NCBI RefSeq assembly: GCF_009834535.1
Contig: NC_045697.1
Location: 65,474,001-65,538,000, forward strand
Direction of reading: 5' to 3'
Source of the DNA: Camelus ferus
Lineage: Eukaryota
DNA length: 64,000 nt
The stretch's first letter is position 1. Each line of letters opens with the position of its first letter. This document shows, in pieces, positions 12,517-25,623 of this stretch. A program made the position numbers and the translations under genes. A model generated the notes under the pieces. That model was given only the letters and a program-made list of their open reading frames with translations. It was not told the DNA's origin and did no database searches.

Positions 12517-14397
12517 TGTTATTAAGTCCAAACTCATTCTGCTTGCAGCAGGACTGGCCAATAAATTGGGAGACTAGGTGTTGGGGCAAGGAATAACGAC
12601 TTTATTCGGAAAGCCAGTAGACTGAGAAGATGGTAGACTAATGTCCTAGAGAACCATCTTCTCCAAGTCTGAATTCAGGCTCTTTTTATATTAAAAGAGG
12701 AAGGGTGTGGTTGGCTGTTGCAAACTTCTTCTTTTTTTTTATTGAGGTATACTCACTTTACAATGTTGTGTCAGTTTCTGGTGTATAGCACAATTCTTCA
12801 GTCATACTTGAATATACATATATTCATTTTCATATTCTTTTTCATTGTGAGATATTGAATATATTTCCCTGTGTTATACAGTATAAACTCGTTTACCTAT
12901 TTTATATATACCAGTCAGTATCTGCAAATCTCTAACTCCCAGTTTATCCCTTCCCACCCCCCTCCCCCCCTGGCAACCACAAGTCTGTATTCTATGTCTA
13001 TGAGTCTGTTTCTGTTTTATATATAAGTTCATTTGTCTCTCTCTCTTTTTTTTTTTTTAGGTTCCACATTTGAGTGATATCATATGGTATTTTTCTTTCT
13101 CTTTCTGGATATCTTCACTTAGAATGACATTCTCCAGGGCCATCCATGTTGCTACAAATGGCATTATTTTATCTTTTTTATGACTGAGCAGTATTCCATT
13201 GTATAAATATACCACAACTTCTTTATCCAGTCATCTGCTAATGGACATATAGGTTGTTTCCATGTCTTGGCTATTGTAAATAGTGCTGCTATGAACATTG
13301 GGGTGCAGGTGTCTTTTTGAAGTAGGGTTCCCTCTGGATATATGCCCATGAGTGGGACTGCTGGGTCATATGGTAAGTCTATTTTTAATCTTTTGAAGAA
13401 TCTCCATACTGTTTTCCACAATGTCTGTACCAAACTGCACTCCCACCAACAGTGTAGGAGGGTTCCCTTTTCTCCACACCCTCTCCAGCATTTATCATTT
13501 GTGGACTGTTGAATGATAGCCGTTCTGACTGGTGTGAGGTGATACCTCATTGAAGTTTTGATTTGCATTTTTTGATAATTAGTGATATTGAGCATTTTTT
13601 CATGTGCCTATTGGTCATTCATGTATCTTCATTAGAGAATTGCTTGTTTAGGTCTTCTGCCCATTTTTGGATTGGGTTGTTTGTTTTTTTCTTATTATGT
13701 CGTATGAGCTGTTTATATATTCTGGAAATCAAGCCCTTGTCAGTCTCATCTTCTGCAAACATTTTCTGCCATTCTATAGGTTGTCATTTTGTTTTGCTTA
13801 TGGTTTCCTTGCTGTGCAAAAGCTTGTAACTTTAATTAGGTCCCATTTGTTTATTTTTGCTTTTATTTCTATGGCTTGGGTAGACTGCCCTAGGAGAACA
13901 TTGCTGAGATGTGTGTATGTGATAATGTTTTGCCTATGTTTTCTTCTAGATTTACTGTATCTTGTCTTATGTTTAAGTCTAAGCCATTTTGAGTTTATTT
14001 TTGCATAGTGTGAGAGAGTATTCTAACTTCATTGATGTACATGCAGCTGTCCGGTTTTCCCAACACCATTTGCTGAAGGTCGTTGCAAACTTCTTCGCAT
14101 CAAAATCCTTTGTTCTTGCAACAGTCCTGCTTGGTCAGGTCATGATGTTCCTGTAAACCTCCAACAAGACAAATGTTATCCTCTGTTCTGCAACTTCTTA
14201 TCTCTATATGAATGGAAAAGTGTTACACCCTTAAAGGTCAGAGCTTGAGAATGGGTTGTCCTGCATATTTCAGGTCATAGGCAACATTCTTTTACAAAAG
14301 GTGCAGAACCAGCATGACGAAGCACTGGAAACAGAGCACAGGGTTAGAGCTAAAGAACAGATCTAATATGGAGTCAGATTTGTTCTTCCCTATTACA
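12517..14397 (-). mobile_element. ERV1-class solo LTR (about 516 bp once the nested L1 and one TSD copy are removed)
   Basis: TG...CA termini; 4-bp flanks ACAA/GCAA; minus-strand AATAAA (TTTATT 12601-12606) and TATA-like box (tctttttata 12681-12690); minus-strand start TGTAATAGGGAAGAACAAATCTGACTCCAT resembles ERV1 LTR starts. Confidence 0.75.
12732..14078 (-). mobile_element. Relatively young 5'-truncated LINE-1 (ORF2 C-terminus, 3' UTR and polyA), cetartiodactyl/camelid type
   Basis: ORF 13164..13595(-) encodes the L1 ORF2 cysteine-rich end ([49 protein letters not shown]); T-tract at 12732; 15-bp TSD GTTGCAAACTTCTTC at 12717-12731 and 14082-14096. Confidence 0.95.
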
Positions 14398-15604
14398 GCA
14401 ACTCTTTTTTGAAGTATGCTATCATTTTAAAACATGCCTGATTTATGGAAGACTCAATTGCTTAAATGTTTGCAATATTCTGCAATGAAATAAAAATTGT
14501 ACTCAAAGCTAGTAAGAATGCTTAGAGGCATAGTCAATCATCTGATAATTCACAGTAACCCACGAAGCCCAAGCACTCCATCCTCATTTTGAGCATAAGC
14601 ACAGATCTGATAAAGAGGGAGCCTGGAAGGAAAAATTACACAGTGACCTAGACAAAAGTGTCGTGCCAGCATTAGCATCACATTAACTGATTGTAATGGC
14701 TGATTGTACTGCTTATAGTGAGAGTTATTCGGAAAATTTGAATGAGAAATCCTCTCTTGTCCATCACAGGAATGACACTGGGTATATATCCAGTCATATT
14801 AAACAACTGTAGAATCACAAAGCTAGACAGGATTTTATGAGATAGCTGATGTATCCCTCACCTTGAGATAAAACCTGCATGCCACAAAATCCTCTGGGCA
14901 CTGAGATTTAATTTGTTCTTTGAGGAAAATAAGATCATTCATTCAACAAATATTTATGTGTGTGAATCATATAGGTGCTTGGTATGCATCGGTAAATAAA
15001 ACAGGCTAAGATCTTTGTCTTTGTGGGACTTGCAGTTTAATAGGGGGATATAAATGATTCCTTGAATCTCCCCTTTATCAGTATCAATAATCCTTATTGG
15101 CTTTATATATAATGTTAAATTGATTTGCTCATATTATAAGGAACTGTCCACAAAATAGACCCAAGGACTAATAAACTGTGAGTTGTGAGAAAGTAGTTTG
15201 GGATTCATTTACATTAGGAAACCATTTCATTTTCAGGTGAAGACACTAAGATTCAAAAAGTTTGATTCTGACTTGAAATAAAACCTAGGACTTCAAAAAC
15301 ACTCAGTCCAATGTTCTTTACTGTTTAGTCACTCTGTATCTTTCTTTTCTTACATTGACTTATTTAGAGAATGGATTTCCAAAATCTAGCACAATGTCCA
15401 TGTATATCAGCTAGAAATCTTTTGGTCATGTGACAGAAGCCCAACTTGATAGTTGAAACAAAAAAGGGAGATTTACTATAAGGAAATTTCAGTTTCTCAA
15501 GGACTTCAGAACACAAATAGAGCTAAACTTGGGAAATGAGCACTCAAAAACCATTAGGACTATTTATATGCCCCTTGCTTTATTCTCCTCTGAAAAGAAT
15601 CTTA

Positions 15605-15850
15605 CTGATTAAGGGCAGAAAGACCTAGTGGTTTCTGGGACTAAACCATCTGGGTTTAAATCTTGGCTGTTTCACTTTCTAGCTAAGTAACCTAGAGCAG
15701 GTCAGTTAAGCTCTCTAATCTCAATTTTCTCATCTCTTAAAATTAGGATAATTTTAGTACCTACCTGATAAGATTACTGCAAAAAAGTATCAAAAAATAT
15801 CCAAGTCTTGGCACAATGCCTGCCTCACAGGAAGTCTTCTGTAAAGACAC
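15605..15850 (+). mobile_element. MIR SINE
   Basis: ctgggtttaaatcttggctgtttcactttctagctaagtaacct ... ctcaattttctcatct ... gtacctacct. Confidence 0.75.
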
Positions 15851-15860
15851 CATTATAAAA

Positions 15861-16530
15861 TGAGAGATGTCAAGAGCTGAGCTGAGAAACACTGCACTGC
15901 CAAGGTGTGGGAGTCTTCAATTAAGACAATTCAAAATGAAAGTAAGAATTAAGCCTTTATTCGCCACTGCCATAGGAAGAGCAAGTCCATAAAGAAAATC
16001 CTGGCTTCCCCAGTGTTTGATTTTTCCCTACGGTATGGTACCAGGCAAAGGTCAGGTGCATCAGCACAGGTGGAGTTGGGGGGATTGGGTCACTGCTGGA
16101 CGAACCCCGAACAAAGTCTCCTGCAGTTTTATGGACCTGAGTTGGGGACGAGGGGGAGGAAGAAAGGAAGGGCTAGGAATGGAAAAGTACTAAGTTAGAA
16201 TGAAATAAAGTGTCTTCTTCTGTTTTCCCAGAACAGGATGTTCTTGGTGGAGACTACTGGGGAGCCCTCAGTTCAGGGCTTCGATAGAGAGGCCTCTGAA
16301 TGGAGGCTCCTGGGCTAAGAATGCAGATATTACATAAAAGTGTGACCAGCCAAAGGGGCCTGAGTTCTCGACTGCAAATCCCTTCAAAAGGACTGTTGGA
16401 TAAAACCTTTGTAATTGCTTCTAGTCAGGCCTAAAAAAATCATACATAGGTTTTTGGCCAGGGGCTGGACTTCTCAAGAGAATGAATTCTTGAGAAATCT
16501 TTCTCCTAGATGGGTAATGTTTGATCCTCA
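15861..16530 (-). mobile_element. Probable solo LTR, family not identified
   Basis: GC-richer 670-bp block with TG...CA ends, a minus-strand AATAAA about 100 nt from its 3' end (cctttattcg) and flanks AAAA/AAAG; boundaries uncertain. Confidence 0.45.
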
Positions 16531-16994
16531 AAAGTCTCACCAGTTTCTACTTAGTGGATGTTTTGTGGTTCTCCGTCTAGTGAGATAGAGCACATGCCTC
16601 AAAGTGAGGCCTGGACTATAAGCAGCATGTATCAGAGGTTACATGTTACTCTTATTATTGCTGCTGCTGTCGTTGTTATTTAATTGTTCAAATTATGGTT
16701 CTAACATGACAACTTAGTATATTCTCCTCAGAGTTAGGTAAGATCATTGTTCCTCATATGGAAGCCTTTTGAAAAGCATCCCTTGATCTTTATTATGCAG
16801 AACTCACCCAGCTGCACCTAGGAAGAATGGGGGTTATAAATCCTTATTCCAAAATTTTAAAAAAACTCAACTATTAGCTGGCAGCACAGTGTCTTGGCTA
16901 TATTATTGACATCCTCATTTAAGACATTTCTTAAGAAACAATCAACAGCCACTGCAAGGTGTATTAAGTTTCTTGTTTAAACAAGAAACAAGTT

Positions 16995-18050
16995 TATTTA
17001 GTACTCAATAAAAATTGAAGCCTCACTTTTTGCCAGGAATCATGTATTTAATAAAGTGGGGGAGACAAAACAGCAATTTTTCCTGACCCCATAGAAACTT
17101 ACAGATTACTGGTATAATAAATGTTAGTAATATAAAATACAGATTAAAAATTTAACTGTGATGTTACTATAGAGAGAAGGACATGATGCTATATTGGAGT
17201 GACATGAGCTAGCCTGGGGCTGGCTCAGGTGGTCACGGAGGTTTTACTCTATGCTTATAGATGTTTACATTGAGATTGAAAGGATGAACAAGAATGAATT
17301 CAGCAATTCATTGAAGAATGGCATGTTCCTAAGATTCTTCCAATCAAGGAAGATTGTATATTCAAAACCACTGGTTCTCAAATTTGGCTGAACTTTGGAA
17401 TCATTTTGGAAACTTTAAAGAATACTGATACCTGGACCACATGCCCAGAAATTCCGATCTAACTGGCATGGCATGTGACTTCGGCACTGGGGACTTTTTA
17501 AACTCCCCAAGTGCTTCAGAAACACAGTTTAAATCCTTAAGCCAGGAGGATTATGTCTAACCCAACAAACTGAAGGAAGAAATGTGGTGTGACCTGACAC
17601 TGTGACTATAAAATATGACAAATCACATAGGTCTTGTCTGACAACATTAGAAGTTTGGTCCTTATCTTGAGAATAGTAGAAAACGATGGAAAGATTTTAA
17701 GCAGAGGGTGTCGTGTCTAAATTTATGTTTATATTTGTAGAGTAAAGATTGTAGAAGAGAAGCTATGGAGTTAGCTTGAACTAGGATGATGCCAAAGAGA
17801 TGGAGTGAAATGGATTCAAGAGATTTTTTTTTTTTTTTAGGAGGTGAAATTGGCAGACTGGCAATGGGTTAAATATGAAAAATAGTAAGACTGACTTACT
17901 AATTTATGACCAGTGGAACTAGATGGGTGATGAGGGTAGATTATGAGCTTCATCCTATAGATATTTGAAGTGCATTTGAGATATCTAAGCAGAGATGTTG
18001 AAGAGACAGTAGATTATAAGGAGACGTCTGGGCTTGGGATTTTAGGTTGC
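16995..18050 (-). mobile_element. LINE-2 fragment hosting a MER5 insertion
   Basis: L2 motifs (gaagtttggtccttatcttgagaatagtaga...gattttaagcagaggg; gagatatctaagcagagatgttgaagagacagtagat). Confidence 0.65.
17370..17530. mobile_element. MER5A-like hAT-Charlie non-autonomous DNA transposon
   Basis: cactggttctcaaatttggctgaactttggaatca ... aatactgatacctgg ... tttttaaactccccaagtg. Confidence 0.75.
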
Positions 18051-18829
18051 TTGGGAGCAGAGATCTAAAGTGCAATAGAGATGCTTTACATTAAACCTTG
18101 AAGTTTTGTAAAAAATAATCATTTTACTTGTATAAAACACTATTGTAATAGGCACTGGGATTAAGATGGTACCCTTGATCTTCAGTGGTTTTAATGGAGA
18201 AAATAGGAAAGACTGAGAATTCTAATGTGATTTTAAAATGAAGATCCCCTTTAAAATATATCAAAGTAGGACAGGATGAAAGAGAAGAAATCCAGCAGCT
18301 CTTATTAGATTATAATCATTAAATGCTAAAATATTATTAGGAAAAAAATTCTGATCAGAAAGAAAAGGAAAGCAAATTGGATTTTAGTGAAAGGAACCAT
18401 CCTGAAGAATCACAAAAATTATCCGGGGTACAATATGATAGTAGGACATAATATCAGATTGTGAATATTTTGGGTCTTATTCAGCTTAAACTGGAAAGCC
18501 AAAAAGATAGAAGGATGAAGAGGACAGCAGGAATTTTAATGTATACGTTCATTTATCAGATATCTATTAGGTCCGATCATGTACCAGTACACCAGTGCTG
18601 TGCTGAGGGCTAGGGTACAACAGTAGACAGGAAGGCGTCTTTCAGCTTCACAGAGTTTATAGCCTCCTATTGTATTTAAAACAAGAAAAATAAAAGAGCT
18701 TGTTTATTTGAGAAAATACCCCTAGTTAGCTTTGCAAAAGAAGCCAGTAAAAAGAATGCCTTTAGTCAATAAGGTTAAGTAGCTATTCTATGAGACTGCA
18801 TTCCCTGGATGTTAGGGCAAGGTTTAGAA

Positions 18830-18930
18830 CAGTGGAGTTTCTAATTTAATTGTTCTGGGCTTAGGTTGGGCATCAAAATTTTGTAAATTTTCAGGACATT
18901 CTAATCTGCCATCAAAGTTGAGAATCCCAG
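18830..18930. mobile_element. MER5-like partial DNA transposon
   Basis: ttctaatttaattgttctggg ... ttctaatctgccatcaaagttgagaatcc. Confidence 0.55.
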
Positions 18931-19019
18931 CTTCAGAAGTATGCTTCATCACTGAAATGAGTAAGTGACTCTGAATAATGAGGCTGGTGAGCAAGGAAAA
19001 AAAAATGCTGATTATATAG

Positions 19020-19250
19020 GAATAATAATAACCAACACTTCTTTAGTCTTTATGTGCCAAGAACCTTTCTATACACTTAATATATATTAAATCAGTTAAT
19101 AGTCTCCCCAGTCCTAGGAAGAAGTCATTTTTTTCTCTTCCCATTTTAGAGGAAATTGCAGCTCAATGGCCACACCCAGCAACTCTCAGAGCAGGTACTT
19201 GAACAAAAATAGTTTGGTTCTAGAGTTTTGGGTCTTAACCACAATGTTAT
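19020..19250 (-). mobile_element. MIR SINE
   Basis: tatgtgccaagaacc ... cccattttagaggaaattgcagctca ... tcttaaccacaatgtta. Confidence 0.7.
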
Positions 19251-21307
19251 ATTTTCTCTAAGTATAATGTAATAGTAATGTTACACCAAGAATTATAAAA
19301 GAAGGGAAAATTTGTAATAATGGTAGGATATCATTAAATCAGTTAAATACCGGTTGATAACTGAGGGTGGTTATTATGTCTGCATAAAACACCTTTGAGC
19401 TATTTGCATATTTTTATGTGTTTACGTATGTATATAGCTTCTCATGTTTATATTCTTCTTTTGTGGAAACCAGTTAACAAGTTTGTCTTTTGTACATGTA
19501 CGTTGTTACATAGTACGGAAGTTTTTGTCTTCAGCAGGAATGCAGGGAGACGTAAGCTATAGAATCAGGTTAAATTTTTTTTCCGACTTTTCAAAGTCAT
19601 TTTCTCGTGACGGAAACTCAAGTGCTAAGGCTATTCCACATAATCTAAAGAACGACTACTACTTCGTGGTAATGACCAAGCTGTAGAATAGAATCTTAGG
19701 AAGAAATAGTCATCCCCTAGGGAGCAAGTCTAACAAATTGAACCTATTTTACAGGTGGAAATACCATCAAGAAAACTATTATTGGAAGGATTACTGGCAT
19801 ACTGTGTTCCTATACATGTCAAAGAAAAAGAAATTCCAATTTAACTCTATAAAACATATAGCTGAGTCAACTTGCCATATGTGTGTTTTTCTTACACTTT
19901 CTATCCCATTACAGGAGTAATATCTACCAAATAAATGCTGTGCACTTCTAAATGGCTGGCTTTCAGCTACTTTGCTATGCCTTTGTTGTGCCCTCTTTTC
20001 CTTTGAAGGCTGAGAAAGCAAATAAAGGAAATGTAGCGCGTGGGAGCACACAGCCCCCAGTGCAGTGGATATTGTGTGTCCTGAAGCTGGAACTTTGGTA
20101 ATACACCAGGCTTCTTTCTGTTCCATGTGAATACAATCTAATACATGTACGGAATTCTGTCTGGTATTCAATTAAGAGCTCTCTTGACTCCTGTTATTAA
20201 AGCTTAGGAACTATTGAGTGTAAAATTAAAGTTGAACAGTTCAGCTCTTTTCGACATTGTAACACTGCCTGAAAAATAGTGATGTAAAACCCAAGTCAAA
20301 TGTCATCCTTTAAAGCCCATGGACAAATGAAAAGTGAAAACACTGAGGGAAAGAGAGTAAGTGTCCAAAGCTTGGTCATTTACTAATGACAGTACACGTA
20401 ATATTATGAGCCTGTTACTGTGCTCAGGCAAATATATCAACCGGTTTGTTGTATTTGCAAACAATTGATTTTAACAGAAAGCTGCAAGATTATTATTGCT
20501 AAAGTTCCAATGATGGAAATAATTAAGGCATTAAGCATTTTCAAGGTTTTAAAATGACTTTAGGCAATCCAGAACATACTATAGGAAATCGATATACTGT
20601 AATTGAAAGGAAATTGAATTGGTCTTTATTTTTTTATACCTTCTAAATTTTCTCTAGACTGCCAGACCACAGAAGACAGTGAATCTCATTTTGCCATCAG
20701 CAGTGTGACTTTCTGTAAATCTCTTGTGCTGCAGGGGCCATTTTTATTATTTTTACTTAGAAAAAGTGCTCAGCTGAATGATAGTGTTAGGAAATTTTGT
20801 GTGCATTATCTTTGTTAGTCTCTGTCCTCATTGTTTAAAACAAAACCAAAAACACAACCAGACAAAAACAACCTTCCCCACCTAGAAGTCAAGTTAAAGA
20901 CACTTCAAACAATGAAACCAGAAAAGTTGTTAGATAAGCCTCACACTTGAACAGAAGTGAAATTCTTCTAGTTTTTATCAGACTCTGTGCCTGTCAGTCA
21001 TGCTATGCTGCCAGGACTATGCCCCACTGTAGATACAAATTCAGTTTGGATCTATGGGACCCTAACTCATTTTTACTGCTTATTATTGGAAGAAGCTTTT
21101 ACAACCAAACAGAGTAGCTTGAAGAGAACCTTGGGGAGATGATTGGATATGAACAGAAATTAAGAAATCTTAAAACTTGAGTAATCCTTCAAAACGATAT
21201 GGATAATCAACATTTCCTCTGTGTGTGCTCTCGTTTATTTCCTCACTATTTTTTTCTGTCTTATTGATCTTTGTTTATTGTTTAGAATTTTCCATTCTTT
21301 TGACTTC

Positions 21308-21801
21308 TTTTTTCCTTTATATTGAGGTGTAGTTGGTTTACAGTGTTAGTTGCTGATATACAGCATAGTGACTCAGTTTTATATATATATATACATATAC
21401 ATATTCTTTTTCATTTTCTTATTATAGGTTGTTACAAGATATTGAATATAGTTCCCTGTGCTATACAGTAGGACCTTGTCATTTACCTATTTTATACATA
21501 GTAGTTTGTATCTGCTAATCACAAGCTTCTAATTTATCCCTCCGCCCTTTCCCCTTTGGTAACCGTAAGTTTGTTTTCTGTATCTGTGAATCTGTTTCTG
21601 CTTTGTAAATAAGTTTATTTGTATCATCTTTTTAGATTCCAGTTATAAGTGATGTCATATGATATTTGTCTTTCTCTGACTTACTTAGTGTGATCATCTC
21701 TAGGTCCATTCATGTTGCTGCAAATGGCATTATTTCGTTCTTTTTGTGGCCAAGTAATATTCCATTATATATACATATATATACATACCACATCTTCTTT
21801 C
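21308..21801 (-). mobile_element. Short LINE-1 3' end, older cetartiodactyl-type subfamily
   Basis: attgaggtgtagttggtttaca ... tacaagatattgaatatagttccctgtgctatacagtaggacc ... tccattcatgttgctgcaaatggcattatttc; homologous to the 3' UTRs at 12740 and 59790. Confidence 0.88.
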
Positions 21802-24800
21802 ATCTTTGGTACACATGGAACATAAACAGGGCTTAAGATAAATGAAATTGTGTCCCACACTTATCTTTACTAAGTTGGTCACACAAAGTAGAGATTTCCA
21901 GAGTTTTGAGAATCTCTTGTTCCCATGATTTTTCTAATTTTTTTATATAACTTTTTAAAAAATTTTACTCAATGCGTCTTGACTGCTGAAGTGGATAAAA
22001 GATAACACAGTGGAAGGAGCAGAACCTCTCAATCCTCAGTTTCTGTTTCTATAAAATGGGGATAATAATCATATCATCCTCATTGGGTGGTTTTGAGAAA
22101 TAAATTAATTAATATATGCAAAGTTCTCATATTATTAGCACATACTGTACACTATGTACATGTTATAGTATTATTATAAGATGATGATGATAATGATGAA
22201 TTTGCCTTTTGATTTATTGCCAAAATGTGAATTCACTCGCTAATATATTGAGGTACATACAATACTTCTGATGCTTATTTTCCTTGATTATAAAAATAGG
22301 AATACTATCTTCTTTACCTACCTTAAATAAATCAAATCATGTTTATGAAAAGAGTTCATAAACTATAAAACAGCACTGCAATTAGCAACACTGAATCGGA
22401 CTTGAAAAAGCACTAGTTTAAATTCTAGTTTCATCTCTTAGTAGATATGTAACCTTAATTGAGTCCTTAGTTTCTATTTCTATAAAGTAATATTGGTAAC
22501 AGCACCTTCTTAAAAAAGTTATGTTGAGGCTGAAAGGAGATCATGTATGAAGAGCTCAGTGCCATGGCTGACACAGAGAGAGTATTCCAAAAATGTAAAA
22601 GAAATAGTTCTAGTCAATGTAGGACATGAGTATTATTTTAATTTCTTAATAATTTCTTTGTTATGTTCTATGTAGATATATGATGAGAGGATATACTTTG
22701 TTTCTAGTTTTCCAGAGAATCTGTATTCTAAAGTTTCTCCACATCAAAATTCCATCTCTAGTTTTTGGTAACCACAGCTAATGTCCAGCTAACATTAAGT
22801 ATCAGAATGGTTAAATATGAAGGAATACCTGGGTTAAGTAAAGAAGTTACCAGTCTTAAAATCCAGACTGTTGTTAATAAGAATAGGAGCGACTTTTCGA
22901 CTTTCCAAGTGCTATAATCAAAAGACTTGTGAGTCAGATAGCAAAAAAAAAAAAAAAAAGAGAGAGAGAGAGAAAGGAAGAAAGAAAGAAAACAGAAAGT
23001 TGAAAAAACATCATAAAGCAAAGGAGAAAATTGTATTCCTGTAATATGTATGAGAGAATCTAGCCAAACATTAAAAAATTGAGTACTTCATATCCACTTA
23101 TTTACCTGCCCACCATGCACACACTTGATATTAAAAATAAACCTCAAGGAAGGACTTTGATTGGCCTGGGTCATTGACCAACTATTAACAATTGCTAAAC
23201 CAGAGAGTCTGAATCATGAAAAAAATTGGATGATTTGGAACACTTGTCTAGGGATGGAAAAAGAAAGCAATTCTCCAAAAGGAGGGATGGGGTTAGTGGC
23301 CATGGGACATAGCCACTGGAAGAATCAGTATGAGTAAAAAGAAAAAAAAAGAGAGAGAGTTAGAGGAGAAACATTATACATAGAACAAATAATGTTTAAG
23401 TCATTACCCAGATCAGAAGATAAGATGCAGCTACCTACTCTAAATTCTTTTTCATTATTGTTATTTCAAATCCCCAAACAGTAGAATGCTTTAGACTTTT
23501 TAAATCATTGAATATTTAAATTTAATTTATAAATCATTGACTATGTTTGAAGGAAGATATGGTGAAGAGGAAGCTGGAAATTATACATTTGTAACTATGT
23601 GTCCAGAGCATTGTTGAAATAAACTGCTCAGCAGGTTTTGTTGTTATCCCAGTAGTAAATAGTTAAACTAGTCGATACACCAAAATGCTATGGTCAAGTT
23701 GCACTAACAGATGGCATTTATTTAAGCAAACCCACAGTAGGTTCACCCAACTTAAAAACCAACTCCAAGGGAAGAAAAAAAAAAGCCCTGTATGTACTTT
23801 GGCAGTATAGACATTTTAATCATGAGTGAGATAATGTTCTAAAATCTTTTCATTTTATTTAGAATCAAGTAATGTAATTGTACAAGGTGAATAAAGCATT
23901 GGAAACTTAGCTCTTCACTTTATGTTTTAGATCTCTTTTTCCACCAGTATTATCTGGTTTAGGAAAATAAAATATTCTTGAAGAAATAATTAGAAAAAAG
24001 TGCACATTAAGGAATGTAATTGAGGATAGACTTTTGGTTGACCTCAGAAGAGAACAGAAGCTCAAAAGATATTTCGTAAGGTTTTAAATTTGGCAAGTCT
24101 CTCATAATTAGACTTTCAACATGTTTGAATTTGCTAATTGGACCTAAGTTCTAATTAGACTTTTTATGGAACTAAAAATGACATATCATTGTATGAATTT
24201 AATGTGCTTTTACAGTTGAAACCAACAATTAGCAGTCTTTTTCAAATTATTTTAATAAGGAAAAAGCTTGTTTTTGTTTATATTGTGACATCCCCTTCTA
24301 TTAAGATATATTATATACATTTTTATTTTCTTAATTGAACACTTTGGGGGAGCTCAAAGAGAAACTTGAGTTTTAATAGGAAGCACCTAAATTGTTTATT
24401 TGTGAGGGAGACTTGCCAGTATGTTGATGACTTCAGAAGCTACAAACAAAATGCAATACAAGGAAGTAAATCCCATTCTCAGGAAAGCAGCACAAGTAAC
24501 CAGGGGCAGCTTTAAACCATCCAGTTAATCAAAACAGTCTAAGAATATGACTAAAGTTCTGTTACATTTTTAAAGCTTGCAAGTGTGGAATAAGCTGCCA
24601 CATGCAAAGGCTCATGGATCTGGTATCAGGATTAAGGCATGACTTATCTTCCTGGGGTGTGCATTACAACATTCTCTTTGCAGCTTTGCTTCTTGAGCAG
24701 TTATCTGCTAATTCAGGGCACCGTATCTCTCTTTCCTCCTTATTTTTGAATTGCAAGTCACCCATTTTTATCCCATTGCGATTTATAGGCAGCAATTTTA

Positions 24801-25356
24801 AAATTGGTAGTCCTCAGATTTGGATACTTCAAGAGATAAGAACTACATGAAGATGTAAAATTAAACTCATATTTTGGAGAGCAAAGAGCAGTGAATCATC
24901 AAGACTTTAAGGGAAAGGCGGCTGCCAAAATCTTCCACGCAAATTGATAGCACCGACAAAAAAGGCAAATTACATTGTTTTATGTGCTGTGAATACTTGA
25001 AAACAACAAAGCCAACAACAAAACCATATGCATGATTTTTTCCCTCAAATAAAAGCTTTAACCCCTCTAACCACATGAAAAATCTTGTAGTTTTTTCTCA
25101 ATAAAAGCAGTATAAGATCTAATTAAAACCATTGAAACCATAAGAAACTCTAACTTGTGCAGTAATTGATATATTAGAACAGACATTATGCTAGAATTAT
25201 CTGTGCTATTATTTTTCCAATTAGTGTATTACTGGGACTGTTGGTGTATTTATAACTCCTCATTATCTCAGATGTCCTCAGCGAGTCCCCTAAAGCATGT
25301 TGGGTATTGTCATATGTCTTATGATGATATTTAAGAGCAGGAAATAGTATTTTTGA

Positions 25357-25623
<267 letters not shown>

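Noticed and set aside
13563..14008. Plus-strand ORFs similar to ORF 60599..60961, suggesting a duplicated gene
   Set aside because: Both are antisense frames of L1 ORF2; the similarity reflects the two L1 copies.
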